Source of the DNA: Raja brachyura
Lineage: Eukaryota
NCBI GenBank assembly: GCA_963514005.1
Contig: OY740796.1
Span: 35,712,001-35,776,000, forward strand
Direction of reading: 5' to 3'
Length of the DNA: 64,000 nucleotides
The position numbers and the translations under genes are program-made. The notes beneath the pieces are model-generated. The model was not told the DNA's origin and searched no databases. It saw nothing but the letters and a program-made list of their open reading frames with translations. Below are positions 38,261-51,949 of the stretch, piece after piece (the stretch's first letter is position 1; each line of letters starts with the position of its first letter).

Positions 38261-38776
38261 TTACGAACATAAGATAAAGGAGAATGTGTGTGTCATGTGA
38301 CTCATCCAGCCTGCCCTACCCTTCTAAGTGAAGACATTTCATCTCAATTATATGTCCAAGTCCTTATCCCAAGCTTATCCGAAGTCCTTTAATTCTAGGT
38401 TAATTGGCCGAAAGGAATCTATAGGTAGATGTTTAAAAAAACTTCCTTTTTTTAAAAACTTTTTTACGAGATATCATCTAACTTGCAGAGGTTATAGGCA
38501 CATTCCAGTCAACCTCCCTTCCCAGGGTGTTCTTTTCTTTCCAGGAATGAAGACAATGAACCTCTCGAAAGTAAATATATCCCTCATTAGGTAAGTGACA
38601 CAACTCCAGATGTGGTTCCACTAAAGTCCCATGTAATTCCAGCAACACTTCCTTGCTCTTGTACTGTTATGTTATCAAAGGAAACAATGGAAGTCAAAGT
38701 GGAATAACAAGAATATCTTAAACAAAGGCCTCACCATGGACCTTATGGAACCACAACTCAGATTGGGTAAACAAGA

Positions 38777-38945
38777 GACCGCAGAATCTTGAGCAAAAAC
38801 AAATTGCTGGAGGAACTCAGCGGGTCAGACAATATATTTTCAAGGGAAATATATGTAACGTTTCAGATGACGTTTCAGATTGGGACCTTTCTTCATTCTC
38901 AGGCAGTTTTGATCCTCTGAGTTCCTCCAGCACTTTGAACTTTAC
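38777..38945. mobile_element. Inverted pair of Penelope-like termini, old, centre eroded
   Basis: tgctggaggaactcagcggg...ctgagttcctccagca arms. Confidence 0.65.
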
Positions 38946-39987
38946 ACAACTGAGGCTAATGGCCAATCCCATTCCTCATTCATTCCATGTAACCTTGATT
39001 TTCTGCTTTTAACTGAAGTGTTGGTGTGGAGAATCACATTCAAATTATTTGTCCTATTTACATTTGGCATAGAAGGAAGCCATGTAGCTTCCATGGAGTC
39101 TATGCTGGATCAGAGCATTCCAATCATTCCCATTTCCCCACATCTTTCCCTGTAATTCTTTCTCACATGCAACAAAAACAATGGGAGTACACTACAGATG
39201 CCAAGACACCTCTGAATATTCAAACACCTTTGTTGCGACATACAAATTCATATGGATGGCTTAAAAGCATCTGAGGAAGGAATGCAGACACCAATGTTGA
39301 GGGGTGGCTTTCTAGATTTACAAGCAAGAGCATATTAAATGACCAGATAAACTATGTACTGAACTGCAGGGATATGTTCTTAATGATATGTAAACACACA
39401 AGATGGCAACTTAATGGTTTTCCAGATCTCATCCTGGTGTTTTCAATGGGAGGCAATAAACATACACATTCATCTATTTTCCCCAATGGTTCTGATTAGA
39501 ATGTCCCACACCTAATGACTGGATTCAATAACCTTAAAGTATCCTTGCAAGTTAACCTGCAATGGGGGTGTTTTGCTATTTTGAATTTTTGTGTTCAATT
39601 TTAATATGTATCTATCCACATAATTTTTTAACTCCTGAATATTCCTCAACATAATTTGACATATTTCTTATATAGAGTCAGTTTGTAAAGTCATACAGTA
39701 TAGAAATGGACCCTCTGGCTCCTAATAGTTGTTCAATAAAATGCCCAATTAACAAATTTACCTTGAGCAAGGTAACATTTTCACAGTCTCCAGTTCATTC
39801 AGTGCAACAATGAATTTGTCTAAATATTGCTATAAGTATAAAGTCAGTTTTGCCACATGTGTACACAAAACCTTATCATCATTGTTCTCAAAACATTGGC
39901 TAAAATAAATACAATGAATGGCAGGAGCAGCGGAGCATGGTGTGCATGTCAAAAGATCCATGAAGACATTACAACAGGGAGATTTTT

Positions 39988-40170
39988 AAAAAGCCCCAAC
40001 GTGCGGCAGTAACTCTTCAGATTCGACAACATCTCCGGAGAACAGTCTGAAGAAGGTCCTGACACAAAACATTACCTATCCATGTTCGTCAAAGATGCTG
40101 CCTGACCCACTGAGTTACTTCAGTGCTATGTGTCTTTTTTTGTAAACCAGCATCTGCAGTTCCTTGTTTA
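39988..40170 (+). mobile_element. Penelope-like terminal repeat with partial inverted left arm
   Basis: cagtCTGAAGAaggtcctgacacAAAAcattacc...gatgctgcctgacccactgagttac...aaccagcatctgcagttcc. Confidence 0.7.
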
Positions 40171-40422
40171 TTCAACAGGCAGATAAGATGGTTAAGCAAT
40201 AACCAAGGTTATCATGCAATAAACATGATTTCAATAGTTGTGGGAGATGAGCAGGGAGCGCACTAACATTATAGTCGAATTAACAGTAACAGCCTTAGAA
40301 GATTTGGTACTTCATGTAATGGCAAGTGCAGGCATTCATTTGATTTGTCTTTGCTATATTTTACAATAATAATGTTTAGCTTTAAAATATAGAATTGCAT
40401 TTATTTAAAAGGGTAAGGAGAA

Positions 40423-40520
40423 GTTTGAAGAAAGGTTCCAACCCAAAACGTCGCCTATTCCTTTTCTCGAAAGATGTTGCCTGACCCTCTGAGCTACTCC
40501 AGCATTTTGTGTCTATCTAA
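40423..40520 (+). mobile_element. Penelope-like terminal repeat, degenerate hammerhead
   Basis: gtttgaagaaaggttccaacccaaaacgtcgcctattcc...ctactccagcattttgtgtcta. Confidence 0.75.
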
Positions 40521-40699
40521 GGAGAAGACATATAGTTCTGCAATTTGTGTGATTTACAGAAATGTTTTTTTGAACATTTCTCATGCAACTGGCACACACC
40601 CCCCACACCCATTCCCCGTGGATGCTGGATAGTTGAGAGTATACTGCATATAAATCATTAGCTCAGGCACAGCTGCATTGCTGTTTATCATTTTGGTTG

Positions 40700-41150
40700 C
40701 AAACACCGTAGGAAGGACATGAGAAAATTCTCCAGGATTTCGGAAATGGAGAATATCAGCTTTGTGAGGAGATTGGTTTCCTTGGAACAGGAACGGCCAT
40801 GGAGCACCTGTTTGAGGTACTCAAAATTGATGAGCAGTGCTGGTGAGAATCCTTTCTCCTTCACAGTAGTGTCTTTCACAAGAAAGCATAAGTTTAAGGT
40901 GCAGAAGATTTTAAAAGGATTCGAGGAAGGATTATTTACACCTAGAGAACAGTTGAAATCTGGAATTTACTGTGTGAGTGGATGGTCACACCAGGTTCTC
41001 TCACAACATCTATGACGTATATGAGCACCTGAATGACATGGCCATAGAAGGCCACAGGTCAAGTGGTCGAGATTCCGATTAGTACAGATAGGTACTTGAC
41101 TGTTAGCACAAAGAGGCCATTTCCCTTCTGTGTGACTCTATAGCTCCATG
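40700..41150 (+). mobile_element. CR1 LINE 3' fragment, very old
   Basis: gcataagtttaaggtg...ttatttacacctagagaacagttgaaatctggaat; accounts for ORFs 40688 and 40719. Confidence 0.55.
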
Positions 41151-42969
41151 ACGCTTCATTTGAAGCTGCCTACAATTTTGGGACGAAAGCCTATTTTCTC
41201 TCCTCAGTTCTTCTTGAACCTTGGGTATACTTTTGCTAGTTTCCAAACCTTGGTTTGTGTTCTCGGATCTATGGAATGCTAGAAGTACAAAATCAATGCA
41301 GTCAATATCTCAACAACCATTTTTTCTCACAACTGGGAGGGGTGGATGGAAATAAGGGAGAATATAATGGGATTACTTTCAGATTAGTGTAAATGGGTGC
41401 TTGATGGTCAGCATGAACATGTTGGACTGAAGGGCCCATTTCTATGATGTATGACTATAACTCTGAAACTGATCAACAAACAACATAATTTCCTCCTTAA
41501 TATGTAGATCATAGTAATATACTGATTGAACACAGGACCTTTGACAACCATTAAGCATCTATTTACATGAATACTATGGTAATGCCATTTATATTCTCCC
41601 CAAATTGCCAACGTTTCTCTCCCCCTCCCTCCCTCCGCTATTTACTTATTGCAAAGCTGCATCTAAAGAATACGTTTCTCTGCTGCAAACCCATGCATTA
41701 CTTTCTTTCATGGCTTTTGTGACTCAGCTTCTCTGGGCTCGGCACCAAAAATGTACAATGGTCTACATTGTCTGTTTCACCATTCCACTTCTCGCATGAG
41801 AGCTCACCAGCAACCGACCATCAGCTTCTCTACAACTAAATAGAGATAATGAGAAGCACTCAGAAGGCACTGCAGCCCCCGTGGGGAGAGAAACGGATTG
41901 GATGATTTGGGTAATTTTTCTTCAATTCTGGATTGAAATAACTGGATTTGCACCAAATGCCTGTTGGAGTGATAATCTAGATATTTCATAATTTTCTATC
42001 CTTTCCTCTCCATGCTACGAAAATGACAGAGGATCGCAACTCTCAAATTTCCTGACATCTCTCAGTATCAAATATTATGTGGTGCAGACAACGGCTCAAA
42101 TTATGTGGCCTTTTCTGCTTACGATAAAATCCAAGCACTTTCATCACATTTTATTGAACCCAAACAAATATATTTGTACATCCTCATTAATTCTTTCTGT
42201 GTTATACACAATTCGGAGGTTGAAACAATTAGTGTACCAAATTGTTCTATGAAATACTTGCAATTTCTAAGGCAGAATCCTATTCCACTGCCTATCCTCT
42301 TTTGGCTGTTGCATATCTACTGTTTTCACGGTTCAAGAATTTCTGGCACCCATTCTAAAAATTCTTAATACACCTTGATAATGACTTATTGAGAGAACAG
42401 CCAATGTTGATGAGCTGCACTGGTATTTGTTCTTCCTCTGTAAATCAATATGCAATGGTCCTGACGATTGAGCCACTGACCTATTGTAGATGTTATGTAG
42501 CAAGATAAAAATAACACAGTCTGATGACCTTATTAGACAATACATTTATAATATCCCACTGGGGTGCTGAATATAACAGCAAAGGATTTAATGAAATGCT
42601 CTGTACCAGGTCCCAGGTTTTGTACAATGGAGGAGCATACTTTAGTGGTGATTCATAGAATGGAGTAGGCTTTGTTTCTGGCTACATCCACTGGTGTCAG
42701 TACCACGCACAGGCACCAATCCCCATTAATTTAGCCAACAGCCACAAGAATGTGCCAATTTACATATTTTATAAAGCTATGGTTTCACCAATGCCTCATA
42801 ATCTAATCAAAATATATTGTTCCATTTTTGAGCCATCTTTATGCACTAATAATTTCAATTTTTGAGCCACCTTCATACCTTCATGATATTATATTTGACA
42901 ACCTCAAGTGGACCTTATACCATTTTGGTTTTCTGAAGATGATTTGTGTAATGCCTCTTCTGTTCTACA

Positions 42970-43420
42970 AGCTGGCCAGCGATCCCCGCATATTAACACA
43001 ATACAATACACACTAGGGACAATTTTTATATTTATCAAGCCAATTACCCTACAAACCTATGTGTTGTATAGTGTTAATGTGCAAGGATCTCTTGTCAGTG
43101 CAGACCCAGTGGGCTGAAGGACCTGTTTTCGTGCTGCATCTCTAAACTAAACTAAACCTTAACTGCAGTTGGTCAGGAAAATTAATGAATCGGCAGAGGC
43201 ATTTTGTTTTTAGTCCAGAAATATCTTGTGGAGGCATTATGCGAATCATCTTCAGAAGACCAAAATGGTATACATAGGAAACCGAAGATCTTGGAGAAAA
43301 CCCACGCAGGTCACGGGGAGAACGTACAAACTCCGTACAGACAACACCCATAGTCTGGATTGAACCCAGGTCTCTGACGCCGCAAGGGCTGTAAGACAGC
43401 AACTCTACCGCTGCACCACA
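42970..43420 (-). mobile_element. V-SINE-like element with internal inversion and duplication
   Basis: Minus-strand SINE pieces 42970-43060 and 43277-43420 flank a plus-oriented SINE tail 43061-43158. Confidence 0.75.
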
Positions 43421-43469
43421 TTAACACATATCTCTCTAAAGAATTTTAGATTCTATTGTTTCCATGTGA

Positions 43470-43585
43470 AGAGGGTCCCTACCTGAAATGTCATCTATCT
43501 GTTTCTTTCCACAGATTGAACTTGACCTGCTGAATTCCTCCAGCTGTTTGTTTTTTTCCATAAGATTCCAGCGTGTGCAGTCTCA
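43470..43585 (+). mobile_element. Penelope-like terminal repeat, old
   Basis: gaagagggtccctacctgaaatgtcatct...gacctgctgaattcctccagc. Confidence 0.6.
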
Positions 43586-43869
43586 TGTATATTCTAGCAT
43601 TAATTATTAAGCATTAATAAGATTTAGTTTGACTTAACCTGAACTTTTCTTTGACAATATTTGCTCATGCACTGAACAACCAGCACATTGCATTATTAAA
43701 GGAATTATACTGGTAAAGTCAAGTCCACTACTGTTAAATGATAAACCTAAGAATTCAGGTGTATTTCTTTAGGAAGACATAGCTTTGATGAATGTGCGGC
43801 CATCAATATAAATGCATAATAATGGAACGGAGTTATATGAATTACATTACAGTAAAAAGTTTTCAAACA

Positions 43870-44415
43870 GAACGTTTTCTATTTTATATATGTTGTTTGT
43901 GACATATATAAATGACTTGGATGTAATTGTACATGGGTTAGTTAGTAAGTTTGCAGATGACACCAAGATTGCTGGACTTGTGGACAATGAGGAAGGCTGC
44001 CAAAGTATACAGCGGGGTATCGATTAGCTACGGAAATAGGCTTTGAAATGGCAGATGGAGTTTAATCTGAGCAAGTGATGTTGCATTTTGGGAAGTTAAA
44101 TATCAGTGGAAAGTATACAGTTGATGGCAAGACTAGAGGGCATAGCTTTAACGTGAGAGGGGCAAAGTTTAAAGGAAATCTGCAGGGCTATTATTTTACA
44201 CTGAGGTTGGTGGGTACCTAGAACGTGTTGCCAGGGTGGCAGTCAGGCAGATAAGATACTTGTATTTTGGAGGCTTTTAGATGGGCATTTGGATACAAAG
44301 GAAATGAAGGGATATAGATCAGACAGGTGAGATTAGTTAATCTTGGCATTATACTCAGCACAAACATTGTACCAAAGTGCCTGTTGCTGAAATGTACTTT
44401 TCTATGTTATATGTT
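43870..44415 (+). mobile_element. CR1 LINE fragment with internal deletion
   Basis: LFVTYINDLD...SKFADDTKIAG in ORF 43812-44027, followed by the CR1 3' region. Confidence 0.85.
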
Positions 44416-46479
44416 CTCTTTTTTCCTGAAGAACATATTCCAACTGGAACTTACAGATGTAGATATTAGGTCTTATTTAGTCCACCATTCCACACATTCA
44501 ATCAAGGTGTTGTCACACAAAATCTCCCATATTGCATTACATTTTGAGTATTCAAGAAATAAATACTTGCAAGTTTCTTTCCCCCATGCAGAAGGGGACA
44601 GAATGAGAAATAAACTGTACATTGAACACTGATTTACATCAGACTTATATCCAGTTTCAAAATGTGTTATATCACCACTTTGATTCACAGTCCATGTAAC
44701 CGTGGTTTCAGAAAAATGATGATGACAACCGGTTGAAAGTATGATTGTTATACCACCAGGGGGCAGAATCAAAACACCTTCAACACTTGATATTCTTGAC
44801 AAACTATGGAAAATACTTAAGTTACCTGTCTTCCAAAAGAAAACTGATTATTATTGGAAAGTAAATACTTGACTTGCAGTTGAAGAACTGGGAATGTGTC
44901 CGTGTGGACCAGTCATGCCACAGATATTCACTACATTTCTGCCCTGTATTGAATGCCTGCAAGAAAAGGGGCCAAAGGAAAGGATTGTGTGAAATCTGTG
45001 CCTTTTGCTGCTGCGTGCCAGTGCAACAAACATAATGCAGCTTGTGAGATTTTTCCGTGCAGCCAGACTGACTTGTCTTTCAAACCTACACACAGACACA
45101 AATAGACCCAGGATCTCACATACACAGACACACCAACATGGTTCAATCTTCTACTACTCATTCTTTCAACATTGTGGTCATGACCACTGAATTACTGCCA
45201 AAGAGCACTGGGAAAATGTTGAATTGTCTCAAGCTTTGATTGTCCACAACCATTTCGCATAGTCTCCTTCATTTATCTTTCAGATATTATTGCTCTGTCT
45301 TTTCTCTCTTTCACACCCAGGCTGACCCACATCTCCCTTCAACTCCTTATTCATTCCACTTTATTGTGCCTTATTGTCTCCCACTGTACATACTTCTATT
45401 GCCATCCCCTCTTCTGCCTGCAGGTATTTGCCTCTTTGTCTTCCCTTACCCTTACCCCTATTTTCTCCAGACTCTTGGAGGCAATTTCAAGGGGATAAGG
45501 TTTTGACCTGCATCATTAAGTTGAATCGATCATCTGTACAAATTTCCCTCCATCCACGTAAGGCAACAATTTCCCCACACTTACATTGCCCTAAGGAGTA
45601 ACAATGAATGGCCAGGTAACAAATGGAATCGACCTCGGTTTAAAGGCAGCTGAGAAACTCCTTTAAATGGAGTACATTTCACTAATTCATTCGTCCAATT
45701 TAAAAGATGTTGAAGAATGTAAGGACCGCAACAGACAAGGGAAAAACTTTGGAAAACACACAGTTATGTAACCCCTAATCACATCCTCGGTGATTTGACT
45801 TCAATGGTCAAAGCACCATTGAACCATTATGTAATTCCTAATCACATCCTCAGTTTTATCATGGCAGAGTTACATTTGAAGACCAGGCATTGTGTTAGGA
45901 AAGCTGCAAGTTCAGATGCATATTTCCAAATCGACCTTATGTGGTGCCACATTATCCTATGTGCATCAAAGAGTGCCCTCCCCTCCACTCACAACAGTTT
46001 CTTCGGGGATGTAAGAGACCCCGCTCTACTAAGGAAGCTTAATATTTATTCCCAGGTAAAAGCATCAGATCTGGTTGTTCATCCATTTGTTGTTTGCAAA
46101 AGCTTTCCTGTATACATTGTTGGACATTCTAAAATGAATCTGTTTCAAAAGGAATTAATTGGCTATGGATTCATTTGATTACCTACAGAAGCATAACTGT
46201 AAGATCTTTAATCCATTAAAAATAACAGCAGATGGGGCGTTGACCATGACATCTACAGTTTCTAGTTCAGTTTCAATGTGGTTAGCTGGCAGCAGTCATA
46301 GAAGTGGAGGTAATCTCTGTGTCACATGGTTTGAAAAGGTAAATAAATTATATCTTCCTCCAGACTCAGCGATGGTACTGAATCCAGTGTTTGCAGATTT
46401 TATGTGAGGATCATAAGGTGGTTAACTTGAAAACTCTCCTGCTATCATTGAAGTGAGTGAGTGTGTTCTCAAAAAAATG

Positions 46480-46980
46480 GGACTACATTTGGGCTCCATC
46501 TCTGAGGAAGGAGGTGCTGGCATTGGAGAGGGTCCAGAGGATGTTTTCAAGAATGATCCTGGGGATGATGAGTTTAATAAATGATGAGCATTTTATGGTT
46601 CTGGGCCTGTGGTCGCTAGAGCTTATAAGGATGAGAGGAATCCTCATTGAAACTTACCGGGTAGTGGAAGGCCCAGATAGATGTGGATATGGAGAGGATG
46701 TTTCCACTGGTGGGAGAGTCTATGACCAGTGGCACAACCTCAGAATAAAAGGATGTACCTTTAGAAAGGAGATGGGGAGGAATTTCTTTAGTCAGAGGGT
46801 AGTGAATCTGTGGAGTTCATTGCCACAGTTGGCTGTGGAGGCCAAGTCATTTAGTATTTTTAAAGCAGAGATTGCCAGATTCTTGATTTGAAAGGTATCA
46901 AGGGTTATGGGGAGAATGCAAGAGAATGGGATTAAAAGGGAAGGATAGATCAGCCATGGCTGAATGGCGGAGTAGACGCC
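46480..46980 (+). mobile_element. CR1 LINE ORF2 C-terminus and 3' UTR
   Basis: WAPSLRKEVLALERVQRMFSRMI...RNFFSQRVVNLWSSLP. Confidence 0.9.
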
Positions 46981-49244
46981 CAGTATAAAAATAAACAATG
47001 CAACACATTTTTGCAAAATCTCCCATTTTATTTCATAGCAATGGATAAAACAATTCAAATGTAAAATGAACAGAATCAATCAAATAGGGCACATTTGCAA
47101 AGATGGCCTTGATGGTCAAGATCAGGGGATCTGGATACTTAGGGTTCTTTCCTACAGTCAGAAGAGTTTTAACAATTACACACTGCCCAGGGATAAATTA
47201 ATAAAAACAATATATTTTCATTTAAAATGAGCTTTACTAATTTTATTCCAGCTGTTGATCATTCAAAATTAAGTGAAAGCACATGACCTTCCTTTGACTG
47301 CCCTTGGACCACAGTTCTGGGAGGATAGATAGTGCCAGGCACACTTAAGAGCATTTCACTACAAACCCAGAAGAGTCCGATGTATACTAGTCACATAGTT
47401 GTAATTACTCTTTAGGTTAGGAGACTGAAATCAACAAAGCAGAACTATGTGAGTATATTTCAGTATATTTTTATCAGAGGGGTGAGCACAGGGAAATGTT
47501 ACTGTGGGATATGAAAGATGTTTTCCAAATAGGGTTTGTGAATCCCTTCAAAAGAATGTCTGAAAGTGTCTCAGCACAATATTCCCTCGCTGTCTGGGCA
47601 CCAGCAGTGAAAAACAAAAAAACAATTACGTTAAATCATAGTTTAGCTGGAAAGGCGATAGGAATCAAAACCATGGATGGGATCCAATGAGAACACCCGT
47701 CATTCAATAACTCACTTTGTTAGGAAGCTCAGCCGCTGACAGTTCTGCGGAAGAAATGCTCCCAGAAGAGAATTCCAGCACAGATCTGCCCAAACCATTA
47801 GGCAGGAAGTTGGGAGGAAAAAAACAACACTGCATGAATTGACTCTAACTCCCAAGACACAGACAAGCACCTTGGCCAAATTGCTGTCCATTACTGTGGC
47901 AATGTGTTAGCACAAGGATATTGTGCAATCTGTTACAAGTTGGGTATGTGGTTTTCTCCATTTGGAAGTTCTTCTCATGCCCAGGTCTCTCTAATCCCTC
48001 GCTTAAATCTCAGCAGTAAATATGCTGAGTTCCGAGTGGAATATGAAGTGCCAAATCAACCAAAGTTTGGAATTCATAGTATATCTCAAATTGCAGTGTA
48101 TCAACACATGACAGGTTGTGTGACACGATGCTACACAGCTGCTGTCTGTCCTTACCTATCTTAGGGGTCACCCAGTCCCACCAGAATGTTTTAATTTGAT
48201 GTATTTTTCAAATATCTGCCATTACTGTCAAATGTCTGCCATTACTTCTTAAGGCAAGTAATTAATGCAACAATATCTTCCATTTTGATCCACCACATGT
48301 CAGCACTTAGACACAGCGCATTTAAGCTCGGGTGAAATATAAATTCAAATTACTGCTGCTTTGCCTCTATCCCAGGAAAGTAAGTGATTTTGCCATTTTT
48401 ATCCATCATTATGTCCTGTGGTGTCTGAATCAACCTACCCATTGTGCTGTAGACCTAATAAGAACCCAAATGGGACTGCGTAAATCCACCCAGAATTGGA
48501 CACTAACATCATCCAGAAGGCATATAATACTAGCTTACAATTAGGCAATCCAGAGGTTTCTTATGTAAACTCTGGTCCTAAGAAAGCTCATAATGAATTC
48601 AACTTTGCCCAACTCCATAAACAAAGATCTAAATTACCAATATCTGAAATTATTTTATTGTGTTTTCTCCATTTTGTCTCATATTAACACTAACCTGCTT
48701 GGCTTTGTAATATTCAATGCATCCATAAAATGAGGCAATTTGCATCCACTACATTGTCATCTTAGCAGCAAATTAATTTGAGTTTTTCATATTCCAAATG
48801 CACTTTGCAACCTCGGAAACTCAGAAAACCAGTTCAAATGGTTCATGTCTGGTCTGTCCTCTTTGAATATCAGAGGCAAGGCTTTTAAAAAGTGTTTATT
48901 TTGCTCACAATTAGATGTGTGTGCATTGTAAACTGTCAGTTGTCTGATACTAGTATTGAAGAATAAGCAAGGGCCCATTTTAAATTATGCTGCTTCGCAT
49001 TTCTTTCTCAGTAATTCCTTAACAAGCCTCAAGTAATCACTTGAGATCTGCAGGATCAACTACAGTAGTGCATTCCTTATAGATATAGGGAATTAACCCT
49101 ACACACTACATAATGCTCTGCAGAAATATAATGCCTACATTCAATGATGGCATAACACTGAAGAATAGTAGAAGAGTTGAGGAATGTAACAGAAGGCATG
49201 TGCGCAAAGAAATATATTGTGGATCTTCATGGATAGGGTCAAAG

Positions 49245-49699
49245 TATCAGAACTGAACGAGGAGGAGGACACAAATGCAGGCTCAGACACGGGGCAGATC
49301 CGTTTTCAGAGTTTAATCGGTCCAAGTCGGTACACAGGTAAGCAAAATCAGAGGCAACAGTATAATCTAGGAGCAGGCAAAAACAGTGGTCGAAAAACAG
49401 GCAATGGTTGAGGTCACAAGATTTCTAGAGCTGGAACGAGGTGATACCAAGTAGCATACACAACAAACTGGCAATGAGAACTAAAACACAAAGGGCTTAA
49501 ATACAGACTAACATGGGATAACGAGACACAGGTGAAACACATCAAGGCGGAGCCAACAATCACATGAGGGTAAACAGCATGACAGGAAATGGGACCTGAA
49601 ACAAGAGAAGTTGTGAGACACCAAAATAAAACAAGATTGCAAACTCTAATACTAAAAACCAATAAGAAACAGAAACTAGATCAAACGCAAGACCTGACA
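49245..49699 (-). mobile_element. Solo LTR, 455 bp
   Basis: Termini tatcag...ctgaca (TGTCAG inverted repeat, one mismatch); perfect 5-bp TSD CAAAG at 49240-49244 and 49700-49704; minus-strand TATTTAA and ATTAAA in LTR order. Confidence 0.85.
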
Positions 49700-50896
49700 C
49701 AAAGGTTGTAAACGTGGAAGGAAGAGGTTCAAGTGGATGTAAGGATTGGAGCCACAAGTCATATGATGCAGATAGGTTGGAGCCCAGCCAGTGAATGGAA
49801 TAAATCCATTATTACAGGAAAACGGAATAGAAACTAGTACTAATAAAGAATCAGGACATGGTTTAACATGTGTACTTAGAATTTGATTCAGAGGAGGAAC
49901 CAGGAGAGGTTGACTAGGAAAGGGCAATGCCCAAAGTTGAGGTTATTGTTATGGAAATAGATGTTATAGTTATGGAAGTGCGCTTAGAGATGGAGAGAAC
50001 ATGGTATCAGGGTCATATACCATGCACAACTTCACATTATGACAAGTGGGAGGACTGCGAAAGACACTCAAACATTATGATACTGCGAGTTAAAATCAGA
50101 GAGAAAGAAAATCCTCACAAGGTCAAGCCACCGCATGGTGGAAAAACCACAAATTGTACACTGATTCACCCTTTTCTACGTAAAGAGAGTTAAGCAAATG
50201 GTGAGTTTGATCATTTCACGTAGGAGACGATCTTTTAAATCTGACTCACAAATACACTTTCAATCCAGCCCATTGATTCAACAATTACTCTGAGGTTTGG
50301 TGTTTACGTCTCGTCGGCATGGCTGGAAGTAGTTTCCTTGAAAGGAAAGAGACGATGATAAGAGGCAGGAAACAGCTAGTCTCCCCGACCCCCGGCTCGA
50401 CGGAGGTGAATCAAGCATTTTTCTGGAGCGGGTCAGTGTGGTGCTGACGGTTCGCCCTGACGTCGGGTCGAGTCTGGTCTGCCTGGGATGGGCGCTGCCC
50501 GGCTGGGTGGCAACAGTTGAACCTCCCATCTCCCGGGGAGGACGGAGGTCCACACTCCCCTGTAACTCCTGATTCGCTCTCCCAGCTTCCGAAGCCCTGC
50601 CCTCCCACTCAAATTAAACCACCTCTGCACTCCTGCTGCAGAATTGAACTGACCCGTGGCAACGTACACAGAGAGTGACTACTCCAAAAAACACTATCTA
50701 CACCAGCACACGTGGAGGTGAGAGGAGCCACAGAAGTTGATAATACGATTAAATAGGTGCCGTTTGCAGACTTCCACATGGATCTGAGCACGGGGATGCA
50801 GAAGGTAAGACTCGGTGGTTGAAGTGAACGCTGTTTGCCGCCAGCAGCCGAGGTTGTACAGGGGAAACTGCAACAAGCTGTTTAATTGCGAGGGGA

Positions 50897-50985
50897 AACA
50901 CAAAATGCTGGAGTAACTCAGTGGGACAGGCTGTATCTCTGGACAGGAGGAATGGGTGACGACTCGGGTCGAACCCCTTCTGCAG
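50897..50985 (-). mobile_element. Penelope-like terminal repeat
   Basis: acacaaaatgctggagtaactcagtgggacaggc...gggtgacgactcgggtcgaaccccttctgcag. Confidence 0.75.
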
Positions 50986-51399
50986 GGGGGAGTTCTGTGG
51001 CATTCGTGTGTGGGTCAGATCTCCGACCCTTGTTTCTTGTAGTCGGGGTGTAATCCATCCACCAGTGAAAGGATTCCACATACATGTTTTACTAGTGGGA
51101 AGACTGCATAGTTGGAAACAAAATTTTGATCACTTTATTTTGACGGGTGTTTTTTCTCTTCGGTTTTGTTTTTAAAAGTTAATTACTAAGATAAGTTTGA
51201 TCGCGAAAAGAGTCCGCTCACCTGATCAACTCCAAACTCATCTCCCCGGCGCCATGTGTGAGAGGGCTGGGGAAGGTGCGGACTGGGGGCTGGTGACCCT
51301 ATTGCTGCGCCTGCCTCTGGTGCTGGCAGCTTCTCCGAGTTGCTGTTACCGACCGTATAACGGCGAAGCGGCTCCGTATGGCGGGAGTTAAGGTTGGAA

Positions 51400-51737
51400 G
51401 ACTCTGTCCATGTGCCCGTCTAACTGCTGCTTAAACGTTGCGACAGTCCCTGCCTGTCTCGCCCTACCTCCTCCGGCAGCTTGTTCCATACATCCACCAC
51501 CCTTTGTATGGAAACACGTTTCCAGATTCCAATTAAATCTTTTCCCCATCACCTTAAACCTATGTCATATGGGCAAGAGACTCTGCATCTACCTAATCTA
51601 TTCCTATCAAGATGTTCCTAGATGTTAGACACCTTTATAAGATCACCCCTCATACTCCTGCGCTCCAGGGAATAGAGTCCCAGCCTTCTCTACTTCTCCC
51701 TATAGCTCACACCCTCTAGTCCTAGCAACATACTCAG
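51400..51737 (-). mobile_element. CR1 LINE fragment within the CpG island
   Basis: cacctttataagatcacccctcatactcctgcgctccagggaatagagtcccagcc is the reverse of the CR1 'RR.RGDL.EVYKI' region. Confidence 0.75.
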
Positions 51738-51949
51738 CGAGTGACCGAGGCGCCGGCGTCTGTTGTCTTCTGTCAAAGACACTCTCCCGATCTTCCACAG
51801 GTCGTCAAGAGGAGTTGCTGCTGCCCACGGTCTCTTTTCCCCTCCAAGAGATTGTTCCAACGAAAGTTTTGCTGTCGATCGCTGTTTCCCGAGCCGGACA
51901 ACCGGCTCGGAGTCGGTCGCTGCTTCGCCACGGGCAGAAAACGGTGTTT

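Larger units (their letters stand above)
47716..51241 (-). other. Putative spliced minus-strand transcript with small ORF (exons ...-51222, 50336-50289, 47785-47716)
   Basis: Donors CAG|GTGAGC, AGA|GTAATT, AAA|GTGAGT; pyrimidine-rich AG acceptors; one open frame MSLELIRKLLPAMPTRRKHQTSESVLEFSSGSISSAELSAAELPNK. No recognised homolog. Confidence 0.35.

Noticed and set aside
49927-50193. Possible L1 ORF1 remnant (DKWEDCERHSNIMI)
   Set aside because: Resemblance to the L1 'LEDLENRSRRNNIRI' motif is too weak to call.
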